The notes under the pieces: generated by a model
What the model was told of the DNA's origin: nothing
The model's input: the letters and a program-made list of their open reading frames with translations, nothing else
Databases searched by the model: none
Translations under genes and position numbers: made by a program
In this document: piece by piece, positions 10,697 to 23,637 of the stretch
Position numbering within the stretch: position 1 is the stretch's first letter
Layout: each line of letters starts with the position of its first letter
Assembly (NCBI GenBank): GCA_973895155.1
Contig: OZ316894.1
Coordinates: 25,728,709-25,792,708 of the forward strand
Direction: 5' to 3'
DNA: 64,000 bases
Source of the DNA: Marsupella aquatica
Lineage: Eukaryota; Plantae; Marchantiophyta

Positions 10697-13600
10697 TCAC
10701 AAATCATAGTCTACACCTCTTCCAAATATGATACGGGCCACATCTTTCTTCCACCTGATACTTCTAGGAACAAGGTCACGAACTCTTGATGTACGCTGTC
10801 GGGTACATGTATTACTAGGCTGCCGTGTTCGAATTCGTACCACCTCTCTACCAATGTTTTCATTCCAGCACATTGCAGCACATGCCATGCGAGCTTCATG
10901 AGTCATGGAAAAATGAATCCTCTTCATAGCATATTTGTTGATGTTTCCATGAAATGTTTCACTGAAAAAGTTTGCTCGGGCTCTAGTGTAGAAGCGAACA
11001 TTGACTACAGTGATGTTCTTTTGCAACCATTGCTTCAAAGCTCTATGTGTAGATCCCCCTGCAAAATCCACAATAATCCATATATTTAAAAATATTAGAA
11101 ATCCCAAAAGATTAGGTAACAATCCAAGCAAATTACTTATCTCAGAAATATATAACTTACAACCAAATTTAATAATCAAGACACAGTACCTGCGGCATAG
11201 TATGGCATATAAGTTGCACCTTCCTCACAACACTTGCGAGGAAGGAAGTTTTTGCAAGGTTCATGGTTACCAGCCCAATGATCAGCTGCTGTGATGATCT
11301 CCCTAGCCAACATGGTAGCATCATCATTTCCCCTATTAGAAAATAGTCATACAATATAATTCAAGAGTTAGCTTAGTTCAAACAATGAAAGAGTTGATTG
11401 CTCAAGTTAATCTCAATGCAATATAATATCATAGTTGTCATCCTACCTTTTTTTTGCATTGCAGCAACAATAGTAGAACCAACTCTTCAACTTATCACCA
11501 AGTTGTTTCTCTGTTAGTTCTGGATACTTCAATTGCCTCCTGGTGCGCAATGTGATGTCCTGCTCCGGAAGCCCTCTATGTCTTCCAATGCGAAGCACCA
11601 AGTCTGTCTTGTTACCTGTATACCTCAAATTCTGATTCTTGCACCAATTGGACAACACTTGAACAGTGAATCTGCCCAATTCTTGCAAGGATATTGCACC
11701 ATCAATCCCACCAGCGGGTGCTGTTTCCTTCACATTTGCCAGGTCTTTGTTAAACTGCTTCAAAAGATTCTTACATTTGTGCCATAGATCCTTCTGGTTA
11801 TCAACATTGAGCTCACGAAGAATAGCATCAACTGTGTGGTTATCATCGTGAACAACCTCACTAATTGTAACTCCAACATCCTGAAGATGTTGCAGGGCAC
11901 GACGAACACCAATTGCCTCAATAGCGCTTGAATTCCCAGCCTCAACTCGGTCAATTGTTACAAGTTCTACTATCTTGCTAGTAGAAACGTCTATCACAGG
12001 AACAGTGCCATGATATCCAGAATGTGATGAGTCCCAACGACAATCCACATATAAAATCATTGGCGTGGAACCTACAATTATCATAAATCCACAAAATAAT
12101 ATTTAGAAACTAACGTGTACATGCATGCTCAAACAAACTAGTATCATATAGTAAAAACAATCAATCTTGCTAACTAACAAATGCTTACTAGAAATAAGAA
12201 TGACATACCATCTCTTTCTGCTAGGCTTCGTTGTAGCCTTTGTTTCTTATCATTCCAAACTTGCAGTACTGCTGCAATCCATCCAATGTCTCTTCGGGCT
12301 CCATTTTGAAATCGAAACCAATGAGTGTTTCTTGGAACATGGATTGCAATGTGAGAGAATAGTTCACATATGATATTGTGTGTTAAACCAGCCGAGAGAG
12401 CGGAGTGGTAAATCAGTCCAGTGATTGCAGGTACACCTGAGTGTATTCATCAATAATTGGGATCAATAAAGCAAGATCTTATAAACTTTTTAAAAGGAAA
12501 CACACAATTTTAACTTAATTCAATACAAAAGTAGTAGTATTAAGTTGAGCAAATGACATACCTCTATGAAGTTCATTCTCTCCAGTCATAAAAGATTGTG
12601 TATGCCCTATTGGGCACTTCAACTTCAATATCCACAATTGATGGTGGGTCACAATGTCCTCAACTGAATACTTACCAACACAACCTTCAACACGACAATG
12701 CACACAAAATTCCTGGAAAAATTCGTGGACCTTGCTTTTTTGCCAAAAAGCATACTCCACTAGACTCTCAGGGTCTGACTCGTTTGTATTTTCTTGAGAG
12801 GATGGCTCGTACTCAAAATCCAAACGAGAGTCAACTTCTACTTGCTCCGAAGAGCTAGATGCCTAGAAAAGCACACAATAATTAGTAATCTATGTAAAGA
12901 TGCAAAAATAGGAAAAAAATATAATATAACTATGAATTGATCCAAATGACAGTCAATGACAACATTGTGAAAAAATGCTGTAATACCTGAGTGTGATTCT
13001 CTTCAAATCCAGAATCCATGAAAACCGTATTGTCCAATCCAAATGTACTTGGATCAGCCAGTTCTAGCAAATGATTGGCACCATCCTCATTTGACATCTG
13101 TTACGAGTTTAGTGTGCAATATTTGTTTCTTAGTTGAAGATACAGAGGTTTACATAAAATGAATGCATTTTTATGTAAAGTAAACTTCGTCATTTGCATA
13201 ACTTGTCAATTTATGGAACAAATGTAACACAAAGCAAAAGGATTAAAAACCCTAAACAAAGTTACCTGGGAATTGGACATCATAGAACCATTTTCCACAT
13301 CTATGTTGGAATCTGAAATGTGCTCTGCATCCTCCTCCCCAGACTCAATGTGGTCAAATACACTAGTGTTCAAGTCTGAATCATCTTGCTCCTCGTCTGA
13401 AGGTGATGCCTCGTTAGGAATGGTGTTGTCACCATTTGGAAAGGATGATAGTGCACCACAACATGGCTGCAAGAAATAAATAAAAACATACAGTGTCAAC
13501 AACGATACTAAATCATGATTTACCAAAGTCAAAACCTCTACATTCTGGATAATCCCAATTTTTTAAATAGAGAAAAAAGATGCTAGAAGAGGTTTACTCG

Positions 13601-14000
13601 AATGAAAACCTAGAAAACAGGGAATAGTGAAAGAAAGCAATCTTGAAAGTTGAAGGAAAAATGATATTAAAAGTACCTCGGCTATGGTCCCAAATGTTCC
13701 CAAGTCATCATCATTAGCAAGGTGTTCATTATTTATCCATCCAAAGTCATTAGGACCCTCAAATGCTATTACTTCCTCTTCATCCCGTCTATGATGAGCA
13801 CTAATAGCAGCAGAGATTTGCATGGACATACCATCCATTAGCCAAGCCACCACCTTCCCATGGGACATTTGTAGGGCACCCTGTAAGTGATGGTATGTAC
13901 TTATATGACTGACAGGAAGCCTAAATGCAATATTGCCCCCAACTCGGTGATAATCAATCTTATGTGGTTGCCGGACCATTTCTCCTACTCTGGCAACCAT
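10697..14000 (-). CDS. Kolobok-type DDE transposase, ~764 aa; exons 14000-13677, 13466-13266, 13097-12987, 12862-12562, 12436-12209, 12071-11447, 11332-11190, 11058-10697
   Basis: Manual GT-AG splicing gives 2295 nt in one open frame. Motifs: C-x2-C..C-x2-GH; 'VDCRWDS..GYHGT' (D1); 'SSAIEAIGVRRAL'; 'VVHDD' (D2); 'QKDLWHKCK'; 'SETFHGNINKYAMKRIHF..ARMACAAMCWNEN' (E). These follow the Kolobok transposase pattern as I recall it. The N-terminal exons are less certain. Confidence 0.82.
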
Positions 14001-14321
14001 AACAATACAATAACAACATTTTTGTAAATTAGAAGTCCTTATATTTGTCTAGTACCAAGCTCACAAGAATGCACTAGGGAAAAAGATGCAAGAGTTTAAT
14101 AGTTAGTAGGTTCATACCTTCCCTCACAACAGATGCAAATGGATTTGTCCTACACATCTTGCCTCTAACGTGTAAATTGTGTGTAAACCATGCCACCTTG
14201 CCCCCAACCCTATATGTTGTGTGTAAAAAGAGAATTGCAGCAACGAACTAGCCGGCTCTCGTTGAGTGTAAACCATGTTGACCCTTTCGTGTTGCTATGT
14301 GTAAATTCATAATTGCACTTG

Positions 14322-14567
14322 GGAACTACCCTGCTCATCTCTCGGCTCATCTACGTCTAACTTGAAGTGCATGCATGGCCAAAGGCAGCGCTGAATCGTG
14401 ATCCTCACAAACATTGTGGAAATGGTTACCGTGTCCTTATGTGTAAAACGATCATTGCACCTGGGAACTACCTAAAGCTCATCTACGTCTACCTTGAAGT
14501 GCATGGCCAAAGGAAGGAGAAGCATTGCCGAATCGCGATCTTCACAAACATTGTGGAATTGGTTACA
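14322..14567. repeat. Imperfect tandem duplication upstream of the transposase
   Basis: 'gggaactacc...gctcatctacgtcta.cttgaagtgcatg..ccaaagg...cacaaacattgtggaa.tggttac' occurs twice. Confidence 0.7.
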
Positions 14568-17221
14568 GGATGGACACAGAAGGTTAGGAAACTTTAGTTA
14601 TGTGAAGTCGATATGCTCACTGACATCATGTGGTTTGAGATGATCGAATGTTCATAAAGAATGAAGCAATGTTGCGGCGTTGCTAAGCTGTCATATCTTT
14701 TGCTTAGCAATGTGCGAACATCATTCGTCAACAAAAATGAGCAGAGACGTAAATCAAGCACAATCTGGCAGTAGAGACTCGAGAAAGTGACAGCTCGATT
14801 GTGCAATTGGAGCTTATAATAGAGCAATCCATAAAATCGCTGGTTCATACCAGTAGCAGTTGTGCATTGGTTGTCGTCTTATGCCATTTCTGTCCCGAAA
14901 AGATATGGATGCGCATGCAAAGTTTTTGGTTCTTATTCAGCTTGGACCGCTTGGAAGGAGGTTCGAGCTTTGGGTTGTGGAGTTCAGTTGTTCTCAGCTG
15001 GGGGTTCTGGCATGGACGTTCTCTGTCCAAGTGACCAGTAAGCTGTGGTAATTGCATCCTAGCTCGTACATGTCCAGAGTTGGTATTGTTGGTGGTAAGT
15101 GGACCTCACGATAGCGATGGCGAGCGGTAGCAATGGTGCATGGATTCATTGATGAAGCAAGTTCTTTTTCATTAGGTTTTGTTCATAGTTTTCAGTCTTA
15201 GCACGGGCAAGGCTCTGCAATCGACATGAATAATCACGCTATCTGTATGCGAGAATGAACCAGTCAACAACGTCTTGACTCCTAAGATTGAACGAGGATT
15301 GGTGATTGATGGCCATGGCAGACAGCTAGAACATATCTCCTCTCCTCCTCTGCCTGACACCCCGGAAGTCCAATCTACTGCGGTTTGAGTTGCTCTCTTT
15401 GAGTGGATTCTCACAACGTATAGTCAACTTGATATAGAGATCTATCGACCAGAGTGGATTCTATTAGGGACTGCTCTAGACTTTCTAAACTTCTATTCCC
15501 CACTCGTGCTCCCCCATAGGCCTTCATCAATCGTGGTTGACTTGCTGCAATGTTTAAATTGTGGCTCGCCCCGCGGTGACGTCCAACGCGAGTGTAGCGC
15601 CCGCAGCCTTCAAGCTCTTGATTGAGTGGAGCCGTTGCGATAAGCTTGTCACTAGCTATGAGCACGAGCAGCCCTCGCCATGTCACTGCCCAAGCCGGAG
15701 CAGCAGCCAGTGCTGAGCCAAACTTCTGATGAAGACATCGTGGTCATTGTGTTTGCTTTTGGAAATTACCATAGTCCGATGTCTTGGTAATGGGAAGTAC
15801 TGGGAACATTATTGGAAGAGAATTGAATTGCTTTACAAACACTCACTGGTCGAGTCATTCATTCTATACAACAATGAGTCTCGCTATGAATGAGCTAGAT
15901 CTCGTTTGGAATTGTGTCATGGATTATTAGTGTAGCGAATGTGTTCATCCATCCCACTATCGGAAATTTAGTCCATCCGACAAACTGGTGCATAAATGGA
16001 AAACTCAAGAAGTTTAGTTGCATGGTGCATTGGACCTACAGTAGCCCTTCCAGAACACACTTTGATCGTTGAGCTGTGATCTTTCTTTCCGTGTCGGCGA
16101 CCTCAATTACATATTGAGATTTCATTGGAAGCTTTTGCATTACGCAAAGTTTGGATAATTATGGAGAGCTTTGGGCAACACTCCACAGCCAGAGTTCATC
16201 CTTCATCTTCCGGTTATACTGCTATTGGCATCAGCCATTGCCTCTTATTCACGTAGTTGTTATTGTCAATCAAAACAGGGAGACTTTGCTTTTCCAGGTA
16301 TCTGTACATATAATGGAAGATTGCAGCAGAGCAGGGAGACAAAAAAAAACAATGTAGCCTTTTCGCCGTCTTGCTATTGAGAATAGAGTTTTGCTGGACA
16401 AATTTGTGATCGATGTCATACGAAGTGTAAACTTGTACATGACATTAACAATTGCTGGCTGTAAACACGTTTGCGATCGATTGACATTCTGGGAGTTGAG
16501 AGAACATGGCGATTCCCCTTCAGCCCAGCACAAGCAGAAACCCCCATATCGGATACAACTGCTTTTCAAGCCCAGCACACTCACGAACCTCCATGGCTAC
16601 ATGGCAGCAGCCCACCACACTCACGAACCATGGCACTGGCATTCATGCGAGCAAACTCACTGACGGGATGTCCCAACGTGCTTTTTTGGCAGACCTCTGA
16701 CCCAGCTTGTATTGTGGACCCTGGCTGGGGCTTTTCGGCGGACCACTGGCTCCGCTTGAATTGCGGAGCCTGGCTGGGGCTACACCGCTACAGGCTCTGG
16801 CTGGGAGGCAGGAGCAGGGCCTTTGCTGGGCACCTCCGGAGAAAATAACCTGACCGGAACTTGTCCCCATGTGATATTTATATGGACAGTGGCGGTTTAA
16901 GCTTGGATCCATCCAATTGAAACCTTTAAGTTTGGATGAGATTTCAAAATGCTTTTTGTGTGGAAATAAAGCTGTGTTTTATTTAGATCTAGATATGCGT
17001 GTGCGATTTGAAGCTAGTACTCTTCGTGGCCTAGGTTCTAGAGTGAAGCCAAGAGACTCTGACCTGGGGGCATAATTGAAAAGAGAGGGGTGCTAATGAA
17101 AAACAGGGATCGGGGGTAGAGTGAATCTCTGAAAATGGCAGAGGACTTCAATGTCCAAGAGTTGAGGACCACTACATTCAAGTCTTATGCCAAAGAGTGG
17201 ATCCTTGACCTGAAAGTACTA

Positions 17222-17602
17222 CACTGTTCACCGTAATTAGTGTGACTAACACTAATTCGAGAGTGCCCATTTTCAGGGTCTATTCGCGAATTAGTGTTAG
17301 TCAGACTAATTTTATATTAACACTATTTTCACGCACATGAATTAGTGTTACTATGGTCTTAAAAGTGGTAAAATACAAGAAAAAAATTATTAAAAAAAAT
17401 CCACAACAATTAGTGTTACTTTGGACTAGAGATCATCCATTTTTTACAAGCAATTTAAACTAAACTGAAAAAAATTAGTTTTGAAAATCGACAAAAATTA
17501 ATGTTATTTGGACTCAAAATCATTTTTACCAAAATTAGTGTTAGTAACACTAATTTTTTACTAACACTAATTCTTGCATAACACTAATTACGGTGAACAG
17601 TG
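17222..17602. mobile_element. MITE with 22-bp TIR CACTGTTCACCGTAATTAGTGT and TA TSD (Tc1/mariner-like)
   Basis: Perfect TIRs at 17222-17243 and 17581-17602 flanked by TA; many internal AATTAGTGTTA/TAACACTAATT motifs; non-coding. Confidence 0.88.
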
Positions 17603-20055
17603 TAGTTGTGGTCTGAGGTCACAAGTATGCCGACAAAGCTTTTTCGTGTCCGCCACTTTTGTTCCGGGAAAACTACCTTGACAGTGACGGAGGCAAAAGT
17701 CAGAGGTTTGAGACGCCCTATATATGTTCAAAGAACGAGCATTGAAGCTAATCCTTCTTAATCATAGCGAACTGCCCATAACATCAATCATTTCTGGTTT
17801 TGACAATAATGGTGATGGAAAGAACAATGAACTGCTATGGTTAACACAAAGGTGTTGGTCTAGAGGGCATAAATTCCGCGGGAGGACTTCCGGTTTCCTG
17901 ATTTTTGTCTGTCGAGTTCAATCTCATCTTAAAGTCTAAGACAAAGAATTCCGCAGTAGAGCACTTACTAGTCCATCGCTAATCTTGCTGGCATGCATAT
18001 TACTCTAGCTAGCATGGTTCAGGGATCCTCCATCATATTGACAGAATTCTAAAATTGAAGTACATCCACAATCTAAGTGAACGAGGCAGTGAGTGTTGCC
18101 TTTTCTCCTTACTGTCAAGTGTTGTCAGATGCATACAGCCTCTCTCAGACGAAAGGTTCAGTTGCTCGGTCTATCCGAGTGTCCCTTTCCCTGGACTGTG
18201 GAAATATCAATATAATTAGTGTTAATTAGAATTTTTTTGTGCCAAAAATACTCATCTAGGATTTGCATCACTTCGTGAGTAATACTAGGATCATCCACAA
18301 TCCTCGAAGTGTAGAGAAAAGAAGGATCAGGCAAGTGGCACTCTATGATTTAACATTACGAATATAGGATTGCAAAAACAAAATCCCTCTAGAGATACCA
18401 GAATAGAATCAATTTATGCTAAGGTCTGTGTCTACTGCCCTTGGAGTACTCCTAACCAGATACACTTTTGGATTTGCCTGTCTTTTGCCCTTGATTAGTC
18501 GGCTGTTTGATCAACTCGCTTGGTGCCGTGGTGGTAAGCTTGAACTAGTGCAGCTTGTTCTTCATGGCTCACAAGAGTGTCCCTTTTCTTGCTGGACGAA
18601 CGCCTTTCAGACGAGTGGGTAAAACAATCTGATAATCAGTTAAAGGTTGTTTCCTGACTCGAGAAATTGCATAGTGCACCTCGGAGCTGAGTCGTTTGCC
18701 TTGCCTTGGGCGCCAATCACTACTCTGCAAAAGATTTGAACTTGCTACTTCTGCTGTTCACTTCCAGGGTTTTTGTCATGCCTCATTCGATAATTGCCTC
18801 GGGCTTGGGGCAGTGCATACTAGAGGCTTAGGGTTTGCTGACATCATTTTTCAAGACTGCCAGGAATGTGATGATCTGGTGGTTACCCCGATACCCAGGA
18901 GAAAGATCCGGGACAGAGCTTGCGTCCTTTCTTAGCGTCTCTCATCTCATACGAGGTGGTCTCCTCGGAATGAATCCTGTAGCATGACAGTCGATGTGAA
19001 GAACTAAATGTCGGCAATGGAGGCTCTAGAGAGAGTATGAACAAAGTCAAGCCTCTTGTCAGAGAATCATTCGAGAAGAGATTGGAAATTACCGAAAAAG
19101 AAGTATATGAAACCACAGATCATGCCAATCAGATTCCCTCGTTATCATACACATACAAACTCAACTGCCTCGAAGGTTCCCGAATGTCCTCGTAATTTGA
19201 CGGTGGAAAGTAATTACAGAGCTCTGTGTCTACGCTCTAAAAAATGGGTGATACCGTACACAGAGATCAACAATTCATGTACAATTGATGCTCAATCCTA
19301 ATAATGAAAACTCGTCCTGACATGAATCTCGGGACAAACTTCATCCGCAGTCGAACCCCACTAGAACCGGTAGGGGCCTGATCTTCAAACTACCCATGCT
19401 TTGTGGTGTTATCAGACAAAAATGGCAAAGGTTCACCCAAACCTAGGCCCATCTATATGTTACAATCTAGCAAGAGCTCCGCAAACAATCCTCCCCAACC
19501 TGCCAAGGGAGGGTCAGAACAATCCTCGGAGGAAGGCAATCGCAATTGCCTCGGATTTTCAACTACTCATAGCTAAAGTGGGATGGTCAATCGTCGGCAT
19601 TGAGGTCGAAAATACGACACACATTATCTCCAAGAACCTTTAAAGGTACGGTGAGACACCTCAGGGAATGTATCCGCAGTTTTGGAGGAAGCACCTGCAG
19701 CTGCTTAGAGGTCTGGGCAGTAGTGGTGTCCAGCGAATGTTCTACAACTGCCCCCCCCTGCTTGACACACATCGCAACCTTACACTCGAGGGGTGGCGGT
19801 GGGGAAGCCTAGCTGTGGCAATGCGGCCATACCGTTCATCATTTCAGATCGAGGATTTGTTCGAGTTTGAGACTGTAGGGTTCTTCCCTTTTCACCGAGC
19901 TTTACAAAACTAGAAAGCCAGCAACTTCCCAGACCTCCAGCTTGCGTACGCCTACCTTTGAACACAGACATTTTCTCCAAAGATTGTTCCTGTACACTTC
20001 TGAGCAGCGCTCACCGGAGTTTCTGGCAACCAGAGTATGATGGAGACGAACCAAA

Positions 20056-23000
20056 TCAAGTGACCTGTAGCGGCATTGGGAGAGGCATGGGCTGGTGTTG
20101 ATTGTGGAATGTCCAGGAATTCCCATCCCCGGAGTTCATCCAGTTGCGAGGAGAGAGGACAATAGCAAGTTGGGATTCCACTGCCACTACTTCCCGGTAA
20201 TATAGAGGAGACGGACTGGTGGTCTCTGTAATCAACTCATCTCCCCTTACGGAGGTTGGGTCCACAGTTGTGGCGGTGACCTGAGGAGTCGCGGAGACAT
20301 AGAGAATGGTGTTAGCTGGCTGGCCCTCTGATGCGGGAGAATTGCTTGTAATATCGAGCAATCGCGCTTCACTAGTAATATCAGGCGATTGCGCCCCCCT
20401 TGTTACATCAAGCGATTGCGCCTCACTCGTGATATCAAGCAGTTGCGGCTCACTTGTGCTACAAAGCTGTTGTGGTTCAACCGTGATATCAAGCAATTGC
20501 TGCTCACTAGCTTCAACTCTGGGCCGGAATCCCAAGTCGGAAACTTTTGAAATATGTTCTGTTCGAAGAGATGCGCCCAACAGCAAATCCTCCTGAACGT
20601 TGGGCCGTGGAGGACACAACAACGATTCGGCAGACAAACGATTTTGCTGTTCGAAGGCCGTGCCTGGGAGGGGAATGAACTGCAGTGAGTCATTGGTGTC
20701 AACCTTCTCTCTTGCCTTCTCTTCAGTGGGAAGAGCTGTCCCCGGCCTCCCAAGATCCTTTCCGACTTCAAGACACCTGTGAGCTCTTCTCCGCTTCTCA
20801 CTATCTTCATCCATGAGCATATGCATTACTCCCGAATGGGCGTTCTGTATAAGACGGAACAACCTAGTAGCTGCAAGCCGGGCTTCCTCCTTGACAACCT
20901 CAGGATCCCGTTCGTCCACAAACTCACACCTATCTATAAAATGAGAGGCTTTGTCCGGTCTGTGCTTGAGACAAATCAGAAGATGAGCTCGTTCAACCTC
21001 TGCTTTCGTGCAGTTACTCGTCAGCCCAAGAATCGTGTGATAATCAATGGTGTATCGATTCTCAAGCCTTTGCTTCACAGCGCTCAATTTCATATCGAGC
21101 TGGTAAAGGCTACCGGATACATCCGTGTCATCACTGTTCTGAGGGAAGCGCCAAGCTGTTCCGGGGAGCCGCTGCCGTTGAGCAAGAGCGTCGTAGAGAC
21201 ATTTGAGCTGCTTTAAGTCCTGCAAGCTCTCGAAGAAGCATCGGATCATTTCATAAAGAGAGGCACGGACACTAAAAGCTTGCACGCAAGTCGGATCTAG
21301 GCAAAGGGTGCGATTGCAGTCCGCTATGGCATCTGGAATTTTCCCATTCGCTTTATAGGCTAGAGCTCTGTAGAGGTAGCACTCGGCGATGAATCCCTGG
21401 GGAGTACCTCTTCTACCGTCAAGAATCTTGGAGAAATGTCGGACGGCTTCAGGATACAGCCCTGCTTCCATGGCCGCTAGAGCTGCGGCTCTTCTCCTTA
21501 TTAGGAACTTGATGTTCCCAAGAAGGTGGCTGACGAAATCAGAGTCCGGACCCGTGACCGCATCCGAGCAAAAGCTGTCCTCGCCCAAGCTTATGCTTTC
21601 TCTGCGAAACGCAGCACTGGCCGCTTTCTTGCCGTTCTGCAGCAGAACCATAGCGTCTTCCATCATTCCTAGATGGCAGCAGGCCTGCCCCAGCACCAAG
21701 TAACGCCACTCGTTTCGCTCATTGCGTCTAGAGAGCCCAGTTATTAATATTTTTTTAATCTTGTTCACGGCGAGATACTTTAAGACCGATTTTTTCTTGG
21801 AACGCTCCTCCACGAACGTAGACAGAAGCTGCACCTTCTCTTTCCCGAATAAAGGACTATCTGGAGGAGAAGCTTTCTCGCTCACGCTCTTTGCGCTCGG
21901 AATGTACTCGTGTAACATGTTTACCACGTCTTTATACCGCCTCAAACTCAAGAGAGCCCTCGCCTTTAACTCCAGCGCTTTCTCCCATTGGGGACACAAT
22001 TTGAGAGCAGCGTCCAGCAAGCTTATAGCTGCAAATAGATCGGAAGGATCCGGACTGGGCAGAAGTGTTCTCGCGTGTCCCGCATACTTTTCGGCTAGCT
22101 GCATCAACCACAATAATACGAAAACCAAATGAATCACAATAATAGGCACCATAGACGAACAGAATAAGAATCACTCGGTACGAATTTAACGTGCTCTAAT
22201 TTGTAGAGGATCCACTGTTAGTCCAAGAGATTCTGCAGGTCTTCCGAGAGGTGACATTAACAACACAAAGGAGCACCAATGTAGGCTGTCGGAATCGACC
22301 AAACACAGTCGACAGCAAAATAAGTGCTATCTGGAAAGTCAATCCTGCCTGCGTGCCGGCCGGCTGACTTTAGGAATCAGCCTCAATAACTTGCGTATCT
22401 TCCATCGGAGGACCTGCTCTACTTGAAGTTCAAAGGTTACTTAGAATGCCTCGCGCGTACCCGGATCCACTGTGCACGGAAACCTTACAGTACCTTGCGA
22501 GAGCGACTGCGGAAGCCAAAAGCGAAGCAAGAAAGGGCCCCCCTCGAAGGTGTACTCCATGCGCGGAAGGCTGATCGACGGCCTTTAAACATTGGAACTG
22601 ACTGCCTCTTGTTCTCACCCGTAGAACGGGTGTCTCACGGTTTCCAGACCAGGAGAGGATCCCAACTTCTCTATGCCCAACTCACGATGAGATCGGACAT
22701 CGGATATAGCCATCAGCAAAAACATTTCCTATTTCGCTAAGCATCCAGCCATTCAAAATGGCTAGCCGCGAAGTTGCGTGCTCCCAGTTAACCTCGTCAC
22801 GATACGACTACTGACCACTACACTAAATTATGGCGAAGTAATGTATAGGATCTGCGTTTGGATGAGAGAGCTCTCCAAGGCAGGTCTACAATGAGAACTA
22901 GAGTACTCGAGGGAAAGTACAATGCTGAAATGGAACTCTCTATGCAGTGTCTGTAACAAAGTTGAGAGTACTAAAGCGAGACAGTTCCAAGACAAAAACA

Positions 23001-23637
23001 AGGTGGGAGCTCGAGAATGATGGAAGAAAACCTCTCCCTATTCCGAAGAAGCTTCTAGCCAATCCCGATGTTCGGCGCGGGAGCTGCGTGCTCCCAACCC
23101 ACGTAATGAAGTGAGATAACTGTCTACGCAACTACATTGTGGCAAAACATCTACAGCAACTGCGTCTACACGAGAAAGATCTCCAAGGCAGGTCGACAGT
23201 GATAATTTGTACACTGAAGGGCTAGTACAATGCTGACAGTCATAGGAATCTCCATAGGTCATCCACAACTAAGTCGAGAGCATTGAAGCAGGAGACAAAT
23301 TACAAGACAGAAACACCGTCGAAGTTCCACACAAGGAGGAAAATGGAGAGCATACAACTGAATTTCAATCCCAAGATAGAGCTCTCCTGGGCACCACAGT
23401 GAAGATTAGGGCGTCCGAGGAGAGAGGACTCCAATCCGCAGATTGCCTCTCCACGAATTCCGCAGATAGAAAAAAAACATTCCGTGAAGGAATGGCAGTT
23501 TCGACTGGCTACATTGCTCACACAACCAACTCTGCACGGAAGTCAAAATCCACAGAGTTCCAGCCACGTCTGAAAATCACGCTCACCTTACGGCTGCGCT
23601 GCCACCGGCGACGCTTGAATACCACTAGAGCAAACAT
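20056..23637 (-). CDS. TPR-repeat + DnaJ-domain protein; exons 23637..23587 and 22098..20056
   Basis: Exon 1 'MFALVVFKRRRWQRSRK|GTGAG' splices in phase 0 to 'LAEKYAGHARTLL'. Contains 'WRYLVLGQACCHLGMMEDAMVLLQ', TPR repeats, and a J-domain 'DYHTILGL..LKHRPDKA'. Plant TPR-J protein family. Confidence 0.88.

Larger units (their letters stand above)
6766..16896 (-). mobile_element. Kolobok-like DNA transposon (~10.1 kb) with 14-bp TIRs and TTAA TSD
   Basis: TTAA(6762-65)+ACCGCCACTGTCCA(6766-79) at the left end and TGGACAGTGGCGGT(16883-96)+TTAA(16897-900) at the right end. These enclose a DDE transposase and a convergent KolX-like gene. Confidence 0.85.

Noticed and set aside
6766-16896. piggyBac assignment based on the TTAA TSD
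   Set aside because: The transposase motifs (DxRWDS, DLWH, ExFH..KR..NEN) and the KolX-like partner fit Kolobok, and there are no CCC/CCY termini.
18640-19650. Coding-like stretch with short ORFs
   Set aside because: Frames are broken and no family could be assigned.
20306-22132. Plus-strand ORFs opposite the TPR-J gene (and similar antisense ORFs over MORC, CLH and Copia)
   Set aside because: Shadow ORFs of real genes on the other strand.
22770-23240. Diverged ~300-bp duplication in the TPR-J intron
   Set aside because: Real but ordinary intronic duplication with no sign of function.
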